A stretch of DNA of 64,000 bases, from the NCBI GenBank assembly GCA_965285935.1, contig OZ260661.1:128154001-128218000 (forward strand), given 5' to 3'. The DNA comes from Ophelia neglecta (Eukaryota). The notes beneath the pieces are model-generated. The model made no database searches, was not told the DNA's origin, and saw nothing but the letters and a program-made list of their open reading frames with translations. Below, one piece after another: positions 41,658 to 53,780 of this stretch (position 1 is the first letter of the stretch; the number at the start of each line of letters is the position of its first letter). A program made the position numbers and the translations under genes.

Positions 41658-41949
41658 TATATGTAGTATTTATCTAACATGAGGCAAACAGCCTGTGAGT
41701 TAGATGATACAATCTGGAGTTACATAGTGGTGGTGCGAGAAGATGACAACCCATTTTATGAATTCTTCACAAAGTAAGATTACAAAATCGAAATGTTTAA
41801 TAGTCAATGATATTACAAGTAGGCGATAGGCTTACAGCCACAAACACTGTTATCTTCAAACAATCTGAGTGAAATATATATCTTTTAAAATCTCACTGGA
41901 CGAGAAATAATCCACAAAATCATCACTTGACTTGCAATGTAAGTAACTA

Positions 41950-42560
41950 TCTATAATTTTGGTTGCCTTTTTTTAAATATATTTAAATTGCCAAATTAGT
42001 CAAAGCTTTGACATTGATAGATTGAATCAACAAAATATACTTCTGATAACTGGGTCTACTACTATAAAATCTGGGTATATACCTAGCCCTTAACTCAAAA
42101 TAAAAGCACTATTCAACCACAAAATGGTATTCATCCTCTAAATTATTACACATGATGCATGTTCTGTCAGAGTACTGGAGAGGCGGTCTACGCCATGCAC
42201 CAGTCTCATTGTGTAAATTATGATTTCTCGTTCGGAATTTACTTATGATTAAAGCTTTATCAGGCCGAAGTTTTAACATATGAAAAGGCATTTCTAAAGG
42301 CCTATCTATTTCTACATACATATGACCTCAGCTTGAACTTTCAAAATTTAAGCACCACTCTTGTCAATAACAATCAGATAATCTCTGTTTTAAAATGAAC
42401 AAAAATACATTCATACTCCCTGCTCCCTAAATAAACCGTACATCCCCATACCTATATTCACACAACATATCTCTCACCTGGGTATCCCAGGTTATTCCTT
42501 TGGTCGAATTCTTTAGCGCATTATATAGATTGAAAGGCAATTTATGCTGGTTTAGTTGTA
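41950..42560 (-). mobile_element. Old LINE 3' fragment (duplicated at about 58370-58975)
   Basis: WDTQVRD.LCEY, LKQRLSDC, ISKFRTRNHNLHNETGAWRRPP..RTCIMCNNLEDEYHFVVE. Confidence 0.85.
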
Positions 42561-43137
42561 GGGAACTACTTCTTACCAAATCGCCATTCCCCCTCCTAGT
42601 TCGAGCCCAACCTCAACCCTTCCAGACCGTCATACCTTGTGTACCTGCGTACATTCTTTGTTTTTCATATTTTGTAAAATGTGTGTGAATATTTCAGCGA
42701 ACTGTCCCCGGCCACATTGCTCGGTGTTGTTCGTGAATATCTAGAGCCTTGGCCAACTTCTCCTTTCAAATCCGGAAGATCAATGAATGTTAACAATATA
42801 TAGCCCAGCACGGCGGTTTAAAGTGAGAGATTAGCCAAATGAGCTTCCAGACATTTCCCTATTAAAGGTCAAATTGATTAGCAATCTTATTCTGTCTCTT
42901 GGCCATTCACGTCTTTTCATACAATTTAATTGGGTTTTTCCGCCAGGCGTCAGGGTAACCATCATCGTTTCCTAGGCATGTCCTCCTTGTTAAAGATTCC
43001 GTCGATCTATATGTTAATCCAAATCCCTACCTTCCACTAAATGTCAAACACAGTTTGTTTATGAACTCTTTGTGTTTTAATGCGTCTATCTATATCTATG
43101 AGGACATACATAGCCAACAAAACATTGTCAGCAATGG

Positions 43138-43382
43138 GGCATACTGGAAAACCTGATACGAAATACGAAGGAAATACGAGATACACAGATACGAAAAAAA
43201 TAAGATAGAGTTGGGTTATGACAGGGTTAGGGGTAGGGTTAATGTAGCAACCTAACTAAATCATATCTTACTTAACCCTTCACCCTAACCCTAACCTAGT
43301 CCATATGGCTACGTTTTAAACACCTGGTATCTCGTATCTGCGTCTCGTATCTGGTATTTCGTATCAGCTTTTCCAGTATGCC
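43138..43382. mobile_element. 245-bp MITE, 9-bp TSD, internal telomere-like repeats
   Basis: TIR GGCATACTGGAAAA(C/G)CTGATACGAAATAC (28/29 match); TSD CAGCAATGG at 43129-43137 and 43383-43391; single empty site at 59543-59551. Confidence 0.95.
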
Positions 43383-44860
43383 CAGCAATGGCAGCCTTTC
43401 AGATGTCAAAAGTGAGAACTCAGCTTGAAATTCGGTTTCTGTAGTCCCTTGACGTTTCCTTGTGGCGTCTTGGGTTTCTAGCCTTGAGGATGATGGCTGA
43501 AGACGGCATTTAGTCATCCGGTCTGTCGGACAAAGCGTTGTCTATGAGGCTAGATTGACAAGACTACTGTCATAGTACATGAAATGCTGAACCCGCGGGT
43601 AACATGCAGAACCAAACTAACATTTGTTTATACATAGTCATAAGACTAACAACATGTTATCTCGGATTTTTATTAACCATTCACATTCGCGCTACTTTTG
43701 TTATTTGCTAGCCATCTGCTTTATTTGACCGCGAGCGTGTTCCTCGGCAACGTTCAATTACTAGTATTGTTCCTGACGAAATAAGGAGCTGGCATATTAA
43801 TGGTAGTTTTTTGCTGTACACAGAATTCATCTGATAAGTCTTGTACTCTTACTGCCATTGCTACTACGTTCACCAGATTAACATGTGATTCTGTTATTCC
43901 CCGCGTAAAGGAGACGGGTAACTTTGAAGATGGGTGACCTTCATACGACCTTCATACGACAAAATAGATTAACCCCAGCATACAGGGTGTGAACTTCGAG
44001 ACTTGTGGTCTTTGAAAGAGCATGTCCTTTTCTGTCTGAATTAAACAAAATGCTCGTAGCCTAATGTGTCTTATTATAAACATTATTATAAAACAACGTG
44101 TTAAATAATGATTAATTAGAAGAAACAGGTTGGTAACTGATTAAAAATCAGAATAAGAAATATTTATTTCACCCAAACATCAAAGCATACAATTTATACT
44201 AACATTCATATTTAAAATAGGGAAATTATACAAAAAATTGAGCAGGGATGACTTATAATAAGATTTATAATACATTTCCAGCCCTAGCGGCGGGGCCACT
44301 TTACATTTTGATATATTAGTAGGTAAAAGTATTTTGTTTGTGTGCCCAATGTTAGTCGTATTTTTGTTTTATAATGTGACAACAAAAGCTGCAAGTTAGC
44401 TCGAAATTATTAAGAAGGCACTTAAAGAGTATGATATTAATGCCAAAATACAATTTAATTTTAGTATACTACATATTTATTTTACTAAAATCAGCTTAGG
44501 AAAATTGCTGTCCCTATTCCAGATACAAACTCTCCGTACCCTATGGAGAAAATCAATGATTCCTATAAAAGGATCCAGCCAAGATTGTGGAAATCTTGGC
44601 CCTGGAAATATTAACAACGTACGTAATATGTATTAAAGGCTTAGCATAGGGAACTTTTAACCACGTGAACATATCTCTACAGATCATATAAACATTAACA
44701 CTGCTAACCTTCTCCCAAGTATATGCTCTTCGCCAATTCAAAACATTAATACACAGAAAACTAGATCTTGCTTAAGCATGTTTTTTTTTGTAAAACCTAG
44801 ATATTTTTGGCGGAAACTATGAGATATTAGTTTTCATAACTTATGAAGAATTAAGATGAC

Positions 44861-45780
44861 TTTAATTCTCAGTATCCAAGATACCTCAAACTAGTAGTAC
44901 ATGATTTTTCGAACTTCCTGGTTGACCACTCGTTCTGCTGTCACTATGCAGCCCAGGTACCCAGCTTCATTGAATGAACTGCTCTTTGAATTTTAGATTC
45001 GGAGTTCTATACCAAAATACGAAATATGACCTGGTCGACTTACAGAGAAAGCTGTGGAAATATATGAGTAGAGCCGTCAGATCATGACATTTCTGAGGCA
45101 AACATGAAACTTGTTTACAACATATTATAACATCCATTTAACCTCAACTAACCAAACTTCGCAAAACAAATATAAATTCTGCCAAATTTCTAGCCGTGAC
45201 GTGGTAAAATAAAAACTAGCACTTTCAACCTTTCAACGTAGTTTAATACCAAGCCAGCGGTGTCCATCTTTGGTAAGCTTGATTGGTGTTCACAGGGAGT
45301 GGCACAAACCCTCCCGTGTCAATGTGCCTGAAACAAGGGCATCCCTTGATTTCAAAATCTTTTGATATGTTTTCCTTTATCAATCGCGCAGCTGCTTTAA
45401 AGTTTTAACAACTAAAACGAGTGTCCCATAAACCGCACGTCCTTCTCGATTCGACATGTTTGTAGTAGAAAATTTGCATATAATATTGTATCGAAATTGT
45501 GACTGCTTCATTCTGGCAGTTTGTCTGCTATCTTTATGGAAAACATTGTCCCAAAATATGCATTTGGCATGGCTAAATGGCACATTGATTATATTATTAA
45601 CGCTATTGTGTTTGCATATAGGCTAGAGACGTTTATGAACTAAATTTCTAGGCATATGCCTACTACAACCAGCATAACTTCTCTCAGTGTTCGATTCTGG
45701 TACTATCAGCGCCGCCGTCGGACATCCATCAGCGCCTCCAAGCGTCTAAAAATGTGTTAACTTGGATACTGAGAATTAAA
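44861..45780. mobile_element. About 920-bp non-autonomous TIR element, copy 1
   Basis: Perfect 20-bp inverted repeat TTTAATTCTCAGTATCCAAG (44861-44880 / 45761-45780), with TTAA at both ends. Confidence 0.75.
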
Positions 45781-45844
45781 ACATTGTAGGCATATATATA
45801 TAGTTTATATATCAGTGCAAAGACTTACTTCTGTGTGTTTTTTA

Positions 45845-46581
45845 TCATTCTAAACAGTGTCCCGAAAACTAAGTAAATGTTGTCTGTTTTCCATTTCCCG
45901 TCTGGACCGTCCAGCATCAGTGGCATTATTTCCTTTGAATTCTTCATCATTCGAAACTACATAATGAAAATTTGAGCTTTTGAATCCGCCATTTAACAAA
46001 ATCTTTTACAAATATTACCAAAATACTTAGTTGCAAACTCCCAATAATGGCCATTGCTAGTTGATTACGTCAAGTTATTTTCAAATAAGCATAGTGCATC
46101 CCAGATTGATAGGTCGAAACGTACCGTCATATACGGACCCTTGGTCATGAGATGAGCACTGAAGGAATACATGCCACTAATAGGACACACGAAATGACCT
46201 GTACCCGGGTTGTATCCATAGTGACTTGGAAATCCGCCATTCTCATTTAGGACAAGCCTGCTAAACCGAATTGTCGTCCCAACGCCAAATGCCACTGACC
46301 TAGCTTGGCCTACGCCTAGTTTCTCATAAAAGCCTAAGGTGGAGTCATGTAAAAATATCAGATTTATTGGCATTCAGAATAATTATGCATGGCTACAGTA
46401 AAAGGCTAGCAACCTTTGCGATAGTTTCGAATGAACCAGTGAAAATAATTTGACGACGGAATGTATTAACTGCTTTGTTATACGATTTAAACAATCTGTA
46501 GATATACTGACCTATTTTGCTAGTTTCTGCTCCGCTTACAATAACCGTCAGGAAAACGAAAAGAGCCCAGACTTTAGTCAT
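45845..46581 (-). pseudogene. C1q-domain gene copy G1, inactivated
   Basis: Exons 46581-46512, 46333-46125, 45956-45845; nearly identical to G3, but exon 3 lacks 83 bp (G3 62015-62097) and has TGG>TAG. Confidence 0.9.
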
Positions 46582-46975
46582 TTTGACTGCTATTTCACAG
46601 CTGTCAGAATAGTGTGTGTCCCAAAAGATTGAAGATCGCACGCTATATCCCTTAATAATAAAATATGTAGGCATAACAACTAAATACCGTGCTTATAAGT
46701 TCATAATAAGTAAGTGTATTTACCTTATTCCCTCATCAATAACACATACAAATGTCAGTTATGCCAATATTAAAGCTTAAAGGAAGCAAGAATCGGTTGC
46801 ACGCGGTGTCTGAAATCACCAAATCCATATATCGTGTCCTTTGTTAGTAGATTTAACATGATTTTTTGTTAATTCACATGTGTATATATAGTTTGCATAT
46901 CAAGTTATTGTGCTAATACGATTTAACCAGACTATGAAAGCAACATGTATTTTCGTCTCCTTAAAGTGCCTGTTA

Positions 46976-47391
46976 GGGACGGACCATTCAATATCTGGGG
47001 GGGGGGGGGGGCGACAATTTTTTTAAAAAAAATTGTTTGTTTCTGGTTATGCATAAAAAAATTGTTTGTTTCTGACTCTGGAAAAAATAAATTGTTTGTC
47101 TGATATTTTCTTTAAAAAAAATTGTTTGCATAAGCACTGATCCATTCTTCGATGGATTCTAAAAAAAAGGTTGGCCTCACGGCCAAATAATGACTTAACA
47201 CATAGGGTATAAAAGTTTGATCAAGGCTAGGGAAAAAAATATTTGACAGAGATTTGTTAGAAAAAAAAATTGTTTGCTTCCCAGATAGGAAAAAATAAAT
47301 TGTTTGTTTTTCCAAAGCTAGAATTTTTTTTGTTTCACTAGAAAATATTATGTCGCCCCCCCCCCCCCCCCAATATCTAATGGTGCGTCCC
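46976..47391. mobile_element. PIF/Harbinger (Tourist-like) MITE, copy 1
   Basis: TIR GGGACG(G/C)ACCATT..ATAT..(G)n, TSD TTA; empty site CCTGTTAACATGC near 51700; internal AAAAAATTGTTTG repeats. Confidence 0.9.
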
Positions 47392-48155
47392 TTAACATGC
47401 TATGCCTTTCTTCTGCGGTTTTGAAAGGCCTATCATATATTCCATATCAAATACTTCTTCTTAAGTACAATTTTTTAACGACCGTGCACTCAGAATTCTG
47501 AAACTTCCAAGACAACTATTCAACGTGCTGTTTTCTATCAGGAGTGATTAAATAAAGGGGGCTTTTTTGTAGCTTTTGATTAAAAGCTGAGGTGATTGCT
47601 GAGGTACATCTCAAGATAGGACACAACTTTAGAATTACATAACCTTGTTTAACCATAAAATTAACCCAAGTCCTAATTGTGGTGGTGTAGGGCTTTTGGG
47701 GAGAATTTAAAGCTAGGTTTGCACAGGAAGGAGTCACTGCTCAATCGGGATCGGAAGCCTTGGAGAGGGGGGGGGGGGGGGTTAGGCAAGGGAGGATTGG
47801 CTAGAAAATAGTATAACTGGTATCATGGATAGTTTTATAATATATAGTAATATTAGGTATAAAAATATATTTTTCGGCTCTATACCCTTACTGGGAAGTT
47901 TAATGAGTGGCGAGTGGCAAGAGAGAGCAGGAATCGGCTCGGGATCCGATGCGTTGCAGAGTGGCACTCGTGCAGGCCAAACGGAAGTATGCTCTGCAAA
48001 AGAAATGCCACAGAACAATGTAATGTTTGCAGCCAATGTAGACAGCCATTTTCGGTTTTGAGATGTTATACAACACTTTTTGTCCAGATTTGATTTAGCT
48101 TTAGTAGTTATCGTAAATTCATTTATTTATTTATTTATTTATTTATAACTGCTAA

Positions 48156-48630
48156 TAGTTATCTCGTAATAAGGATAAACTAAGTCGTAATAAAGAGATA
48201 GTTATCTCGTAATAACGAGATCCTAAGTCGTAATAACGAGATACTTAATCGTAATAACGAGAACTAAGTCGTAATAACGATATAGTTATCTCGTAATAAC
48301 GATATAGTTATCTCGTAATAACGATATAGTTATCTCGTAATAACGAGATACTAAGTCGTTTTAACGAGATAGTTATCTCGTAATAACGAGATAGTTATCT
48401 CGTAATAACTAGATACTAAGTTGTAATAACGAGATAGTTATCTCGTAATAACGAGATAATAAGTCGTAATAACGAGATAGTTATCTCGTAATAAGGAGAT
48501 ACTAAGTCGTAATAACAACATAGTTATCTCGTAATAACGAGATACTAAGTCGTCATAACGAGATACTAAGTCGTAATAACGAGATAGATATCTCGTTATA
48601 ACGAGATAGTAAGTCGTAATAACGAGATAA
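48156..48630. repeat. Palindromic 21/22-bp two-variant minisatellite
   Basis: Units GTTATCTCGTAATAACGAGATA and CTAAGTCGTAATAACGAGATA, about 22 copies. Confidence 0.95.
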
Positions 48631-49755
48631 TATTTTTTCTATGGTGGCACATATCGGCTTCCGTACTGATCCAGCTTAAATATATATTTTGAAATGCGAA
48701 ATGCTTTCTTTTCCATAACCATGAGGCGTGAAATCGAACCGTCACGGTAGGCCAGACTGCCTGGGAGGGGCTCCCTACTCCTCCAGGAAGTGAGCCTCCA
48801 CACCTCTCCAACTTGGGGAGGGGGGGGGGGCAAAAAGCTAATCCTGTCTGGGTAATATGGTACATTAACAGTAGTGCCCCTCCCCCTCCCCCCCCCCTCC
48901 CCCTCCTTCCTCTTCCCCGACGACAGCATTCTGCTCCCCATGGAATATTGTAGCTGGTATCTTGTTTTATAATAATATTATATATAAATAAAGGAATACA
49001 AATATTGTTTAATGCATTTTTATTGCAAATCATCGACAAAGCGGAAAGAATCAAGCAATAATTAAATGTCTTAAATGTACTCAAAGGGCAAAAATGAAAA
49101 TTAGTCCAGGAACATGAATAGTGAAAGTGCTAAATGTACACGCTTTGGAATTATTTTCCTGACCTTGATCCGCGCGGTCATGTAAACGAACAAATTGAAA
49201 AGTTATTGCATAGCAGTTTTATACGTTTAGCTCAATATCTGTCAAATTTCGTTAAATAATTTATTGCTAAGTCGGCTCGCAATTAGTCAGCAGAAGCTTT
49301 AAAAGATTGATATTATTGTCAAAATATAATTTAATCTAAGCAGGTTATTATAAATTATAGCACTTAGGTCAACTTCAGAAAGTTGCAGACACAAATGTTT
49401 CTCAATATTCGATAAACCCAATCACTGATAACTGTAAAAGGACTTCGTAATCTCGGTGGAATTTTTGGTCCTGAAATGTAAACACAATATTAACAGCAAA
49501 TGAACATACTGCATGCGTACGATATCACCCTTATTAAACCCCTTTCGTTTATCACAGCGGAGGCTTTTACTACTGGTCTTCACTTAATTAAGCTTTTCTC
49601 CCATTGTAGCGATTAAAAATATGTTTCCTAATATCTATATTTTCTGGCACAACCTGATGGAGGCTTATCCACCAAGGCTTTTGAGAATTGACATCACAAA
49701 GATCACATAGTGTATATTTAAAGGTATACCAGTGCAGACTTACATTCGGGGGATG

Positions 49756-51305
49756 TTAATCAGCCCCAACAAGATGTCCAGAGAACCATGACCACATATG
49801 ATGGAGAGTAGCTGAACCACCATGCGTGCCAACGACGAATACATTCTCTCCCCGTTTACAGTGGATGTCTATGGTACCGCCGTCTGTTTTCCATCTTTTG
49901 TCGACCCCTTCCAGCAGCAGATCCATGATATCTTGTGCATCTTTCTTCATTTTAAACTTTAAACAAAAAAATCAGCCATATAACCAATATTGAGCATTTA
50001 TTCCCTTTTATTCGTAAAACATATCCATTCTATACATTTAATTAACCATAAAAACCTGTGAATAATGCAAGAATCAATTATAACCCCCCCACAAACCCAC
50101 CGCCACCGTCACGCCAACCCCACCCCACCACCAGGCATACACGTATTATCTGAAACCTACGCGTTGATAAGTGAGGCAGAGACTACTACCGCCAATTTAC
50201 GGGAATAAAAACAAATAATATAAAATATTTTGTTGCTAGCGCCACCTTCTTTGTGGCGGAAAATATAACAGATAGATAGATTATATATATAACCGATATG
50301 CTATTAACTAAAGACATAAGTTAGAATCGTGAAATGACCAGTTCAAATAAGCCCATGTGGCATGACTACTAAAATCAGGCATACCCGAGCATGACAGGAG
50401 CCATTTGCATGGGGTAAAATGGAGGGCGATCATCCCAGGCGTATAAAAGATGAACCTGTTCGGATGCCGCTAGGCAAGACTTAAACAGTGTAAAGCACAG
50501 CGGGTCCCTTGGTCGAACTTCTTGAACTTAGGACCGGCTGTTTGGGGTCCATTTTATTGTCCAAAAGATACAATATATGGAGATAACGTCTGGGTTATAG
50601 TCCCCAAAGTTTAGTAAAAGTGTTACCCCACCCTCCACTGCAGTGATAAACTCGAAACTTACAGTAGTATTCACATTCAAAATTATACATCGCCAGTTGA
50701 TTATACGGCAGCAAAATACTCTCTGTTTCAATAGGGCTACGAATAGTTTTACAAATTTATATGGCACCAGGTACCTCCATTATCCGATCCCTAGTCATGA
50801 GATGGGCACTAAAGGAGTAAATGCCACTGACAGGACACACGAAATGACCTGTAGCCGTGTTATATCCGTAGTGACGTGGAAATCCGCCATTCTCATTTAG
50901 GTAAACCCTGTCAAACCGGACTGTCGACCCGACGCCTATATTCTTTCGATGAGCTAACTTAGCATGGAAGCCTAAAGTTGATAAGGCCAAAGGTCAGATT
51001 TATTCGTATTCGACCCGACGCCAAATGTCACTGACCTAGCTAGGCCTAGTTTCGCATAAAAGCCTAAAGTTGCGTCATGTAAAATATCAGATTTATTGGC
51101 ATTCAGAATAATTACGCAGGTTAGAACAAATGGCTAACAACTGTTTAATTAGTTTCGAATGAAAATAATTTGACGACGGAATGTATTAACTGATTAGTTA
51201 TAAGATTCAAACAAACTATATATAGATATACTGACCTATTTTGCTAGTTTCTGCTCCGCTTACAATAACCGCCAGGAAAACGAAAAGAGCCCAGACTTTA
51301 GTCAT
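49756..51305 (-). CDS. Secreted globular-head C1q-domain protein G2 (155 aa if the distal acceptor is used)
   Basis: Exons 51305-51236 (signal peptide, G|GTCAGT), 50971-50775 (TTTAG|, GAG|GTAC), 49956-49756 (AAAG|). Phases 1/0 join in frame: MTKVWALFVFLAVIVSGAETSKIGFHAKL..VRFDRVYLN..YNTATGHFVCPVSGIYSFS..GENVFV..WFSGHLVGAD. Confidence 0.8.
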
Positions 51306-52405
51306 TTTGACTGCTATTTCACAGCTGTCAGAATAGTGTGTGTCCCAAAAGTTTGAAGACCGCACGCTATAACCCTTAATAAAATATGTAGGCATAAAAA
51401 ATAAATACCGTGCTTAGTTCATAATATGTAAGTGTATTTACCTTATTCCCGCATCAATAACATTTCGGTCAATACAAATGTCAGTTATGTCAAGAATAAA
51501 GCTTAAAGTAAGCAAGAATCGGTCGCACGCGGTGTCTGAAATCACCAAATCCATATATCGTGTCCTTTGTTAGTAGATTTAACATGATTTTTTGTTAATT
51601 CACATGTGTATATGTAGTTTGCATATCAAAAGTTATTGTGCTAAGACGATTTAACCAGACTATGAAAGCAACATGTATTTTCGTCTCCTGCAAGTGCCTG
51701 TTAACATGCTATGCCTTTCTTCTGCGGTTTTTAAAGGCCTATCATATATTTCATATCAAATACTTCTTCTTAAGAACAATTTTTTAACGACCGTGCACTC
51801 AGAATTCTGAAACTTCCAAGACAACTATTCAACGTGCCGTTTTCTATCAGAGTGATTAAGTAAAGGGGGCTTTTTTGTAGCTTTTGATTAAAAGCTGAGG
51901 TGATTGCTGAGGTACATCTCAAGATAGGACACAGCTTTAGAATTACATAACCTTGTTTAACCATAAAATTAACCCAAGTCCTAATTGTGGTGGTGTAGGG
52001 CTTTTGGGGAAAATTTAAAGCTAGGTTTACACAGGAAGGAGTCACTGCTCAATCGGGATCGGAAGCCTTGCTGCCCCAAATTTGCGATGGGGTAGAGGGG
52101 GGGGGGGTAGGCAAGGGAGGATTTGGTAGAAAATAGTATTACTGGTATCATGGATAGTTTTATAATATATAGTAATATTAGGCATACAAATATCTTTCGG
52201 CTCTATACCCTTACTGGGAAGTTTAATGAGTGGCTAATGGCAAGGGGGAGCAGGAATCGGCTCGGGGTCCGATGTGTTGCAGAGTGACACTCGTGCAGGC
52301 CAAACGGAAGTATGCTCTGCAAAAGAAATGCCAAAGAACAATGTCATGTTTGCAGCCAATGAAGACAACCATTTTGGGTTTTGAGATGTTATACAACACT
52401 TTTTC
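51011..52405. repeat. Partial third copy of block C (C1q upstream region + exon 1 + intron 1), without the Harbinger MITE
   Basis: Collinear with 46280-48085 and 62500-64000. Confidence 0.9.
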
Positions 52406-53199
52406 ATAGATGACTAACTGCTTCCGGCATTCTGGCAAAGTCCCAACATGCAATACCTGGAAGTCATTATATTCATCTATCGAAGAATCTATATGCCCTT
52501 TATACACCCGACTGGGTTTTAAGGATTTTTCCGATAGGCATGTTTAGAGCTAGCTATAGGCTTAGGGTATATTGTAACACTACTTACTACTATTGAGGCA
52601 ACATGGTAATGTCAAATAATAATTAGAGGACATAAGTGGATAACTGCATGTGATGTAAAATTTATGATAAGAATCTGAATCAAAGATATTTATTTTACCA
52701 AAATATCAAACAATACAATTAATACTTACAGTCAGAATAGCAAGACATTTTTACAACATTGGGGCATAACAGGGATAACTCCCTGTAGAATTATGTTTAA
52801 TCGCACGTCTCGGATCCATCTGTTGTTCCAATAAATTTCATAAGTGACCGTCTTATGCTATAGAGCCCACAACATATCTGTCGAAGTTTGTTAAATAATG
52901 AAATCAATTAAGTTGTAAGTAAGCTTAAACTTATCATAATTTTGTCCAAATTTGATTTAGCTTTAGTATTTATCGTAAATTCATTACACTTAAGTCAGTT
53001 GTAGAAACTGTTGTGATACAAAGCTTTTTTATATCCAATAAAATCACTCATTGCTGTAGAGATTTGACAATCCCTGTGAAAATGTTGAAGCTGCAAATGC
53101 AAACAAAATATTGACGTAATATAAAGGGAAGTAATATAATAAATGATAGTATATGAAATGAACTTTATTACCCATTTCAAAATATTACAATTGCTGGCT

Positions 53200-53780
53200 T
53201 TTCCTTAAGTATGCTTTTCTCCCATTGAAACAATTGGAACCAAAACATATACCTTTTTGCAAATATTCGTTGGCACAACCTGATGTACGCTGTTTGCACA
53301 CAACCGTTGTAGACTTTTGATCAAAAGGAGTCACATAATATATATAGTGCACAGACTTCCGTTCTTCCATATACGAGCCCTTGGACATGACATTAGTACT
53401 AAAGGAGTACATCCCACCGAAAAGACAGACAAAATGACCTGTGCTCGGGTTATATCCATATACTCTAGGAAGTCCGCCATTTTTATTTAGGTAAACTGTG
53501 CTAAACGGGACTGTTGCCCCGACGCCTGTCATCTTTGAAGGTGCTAACTTAGCATGAAAGCTAAGTTGATTAATGGAAGTGGTCAGATTTATTAGCATCC
53601 AAATTAATGACCCAGTCTATAGGAAATGCCACGCAAGCACATTTGTAAAATCATAGGGCTAGAATAACTTGACAACGGAATATTTAGGCTTTAAGATTTA
53701 AATGATCGATAACTATACTGACCAATTATGTGAGTCGGTGCTCTGGTTAGGACAAACCCCAATAATACCAATAATACATT
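53200..53780 (-). pseudogene. C1q-domain relic G4
   Basis: Exon-2 homolog at about 53560-53365 (FHAKL..GVGATVPFSTVYLNKNGG..YNPSTGHFVCLFGGMYSFS). Exon-1 remnant with donor G|GTCAGT at 53723 has no in-frame ATG; acceptor is 1 nt out of phase; exon 3 is missing and exon 2 runs into G2-like 3'UTR sequence. Confidence 0.8.

Larger units (their letters stand above)
41658..48120. repeat. Duplicated block C, copy 1
   Basis: Collinear with 58110-64000; identical ORF-track peptides at 42500/58914 and 44553/60684. Confidence 0.95.

Noticed and set aside
46393-46674. 93-aa ORF (also 62608-62889) as a standalone gene
   Set aside because: Only the 70-nt signal-peptide exon is coding; the rest is upstream sequence and intron read-through.
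47925-47990. tRNA or SINE head (B-box-like, minus strand; also about 52250 and 63980)
   Set aside because: Too degenerate; no cloverleaf or clear A box.
48156-48630. CRISPR-like array of palindromic repeats
   Set aside because: Units are contiguous with no unique spacers, there are no cas genes, and the context is eukaryotic.
50340-50640. SINE-like insert in G2 intron 2
   Set aside because: Intron is longer than in paralogs (818 versus 168 bp), but I could not define ends, a TSD or Pol III boxes.
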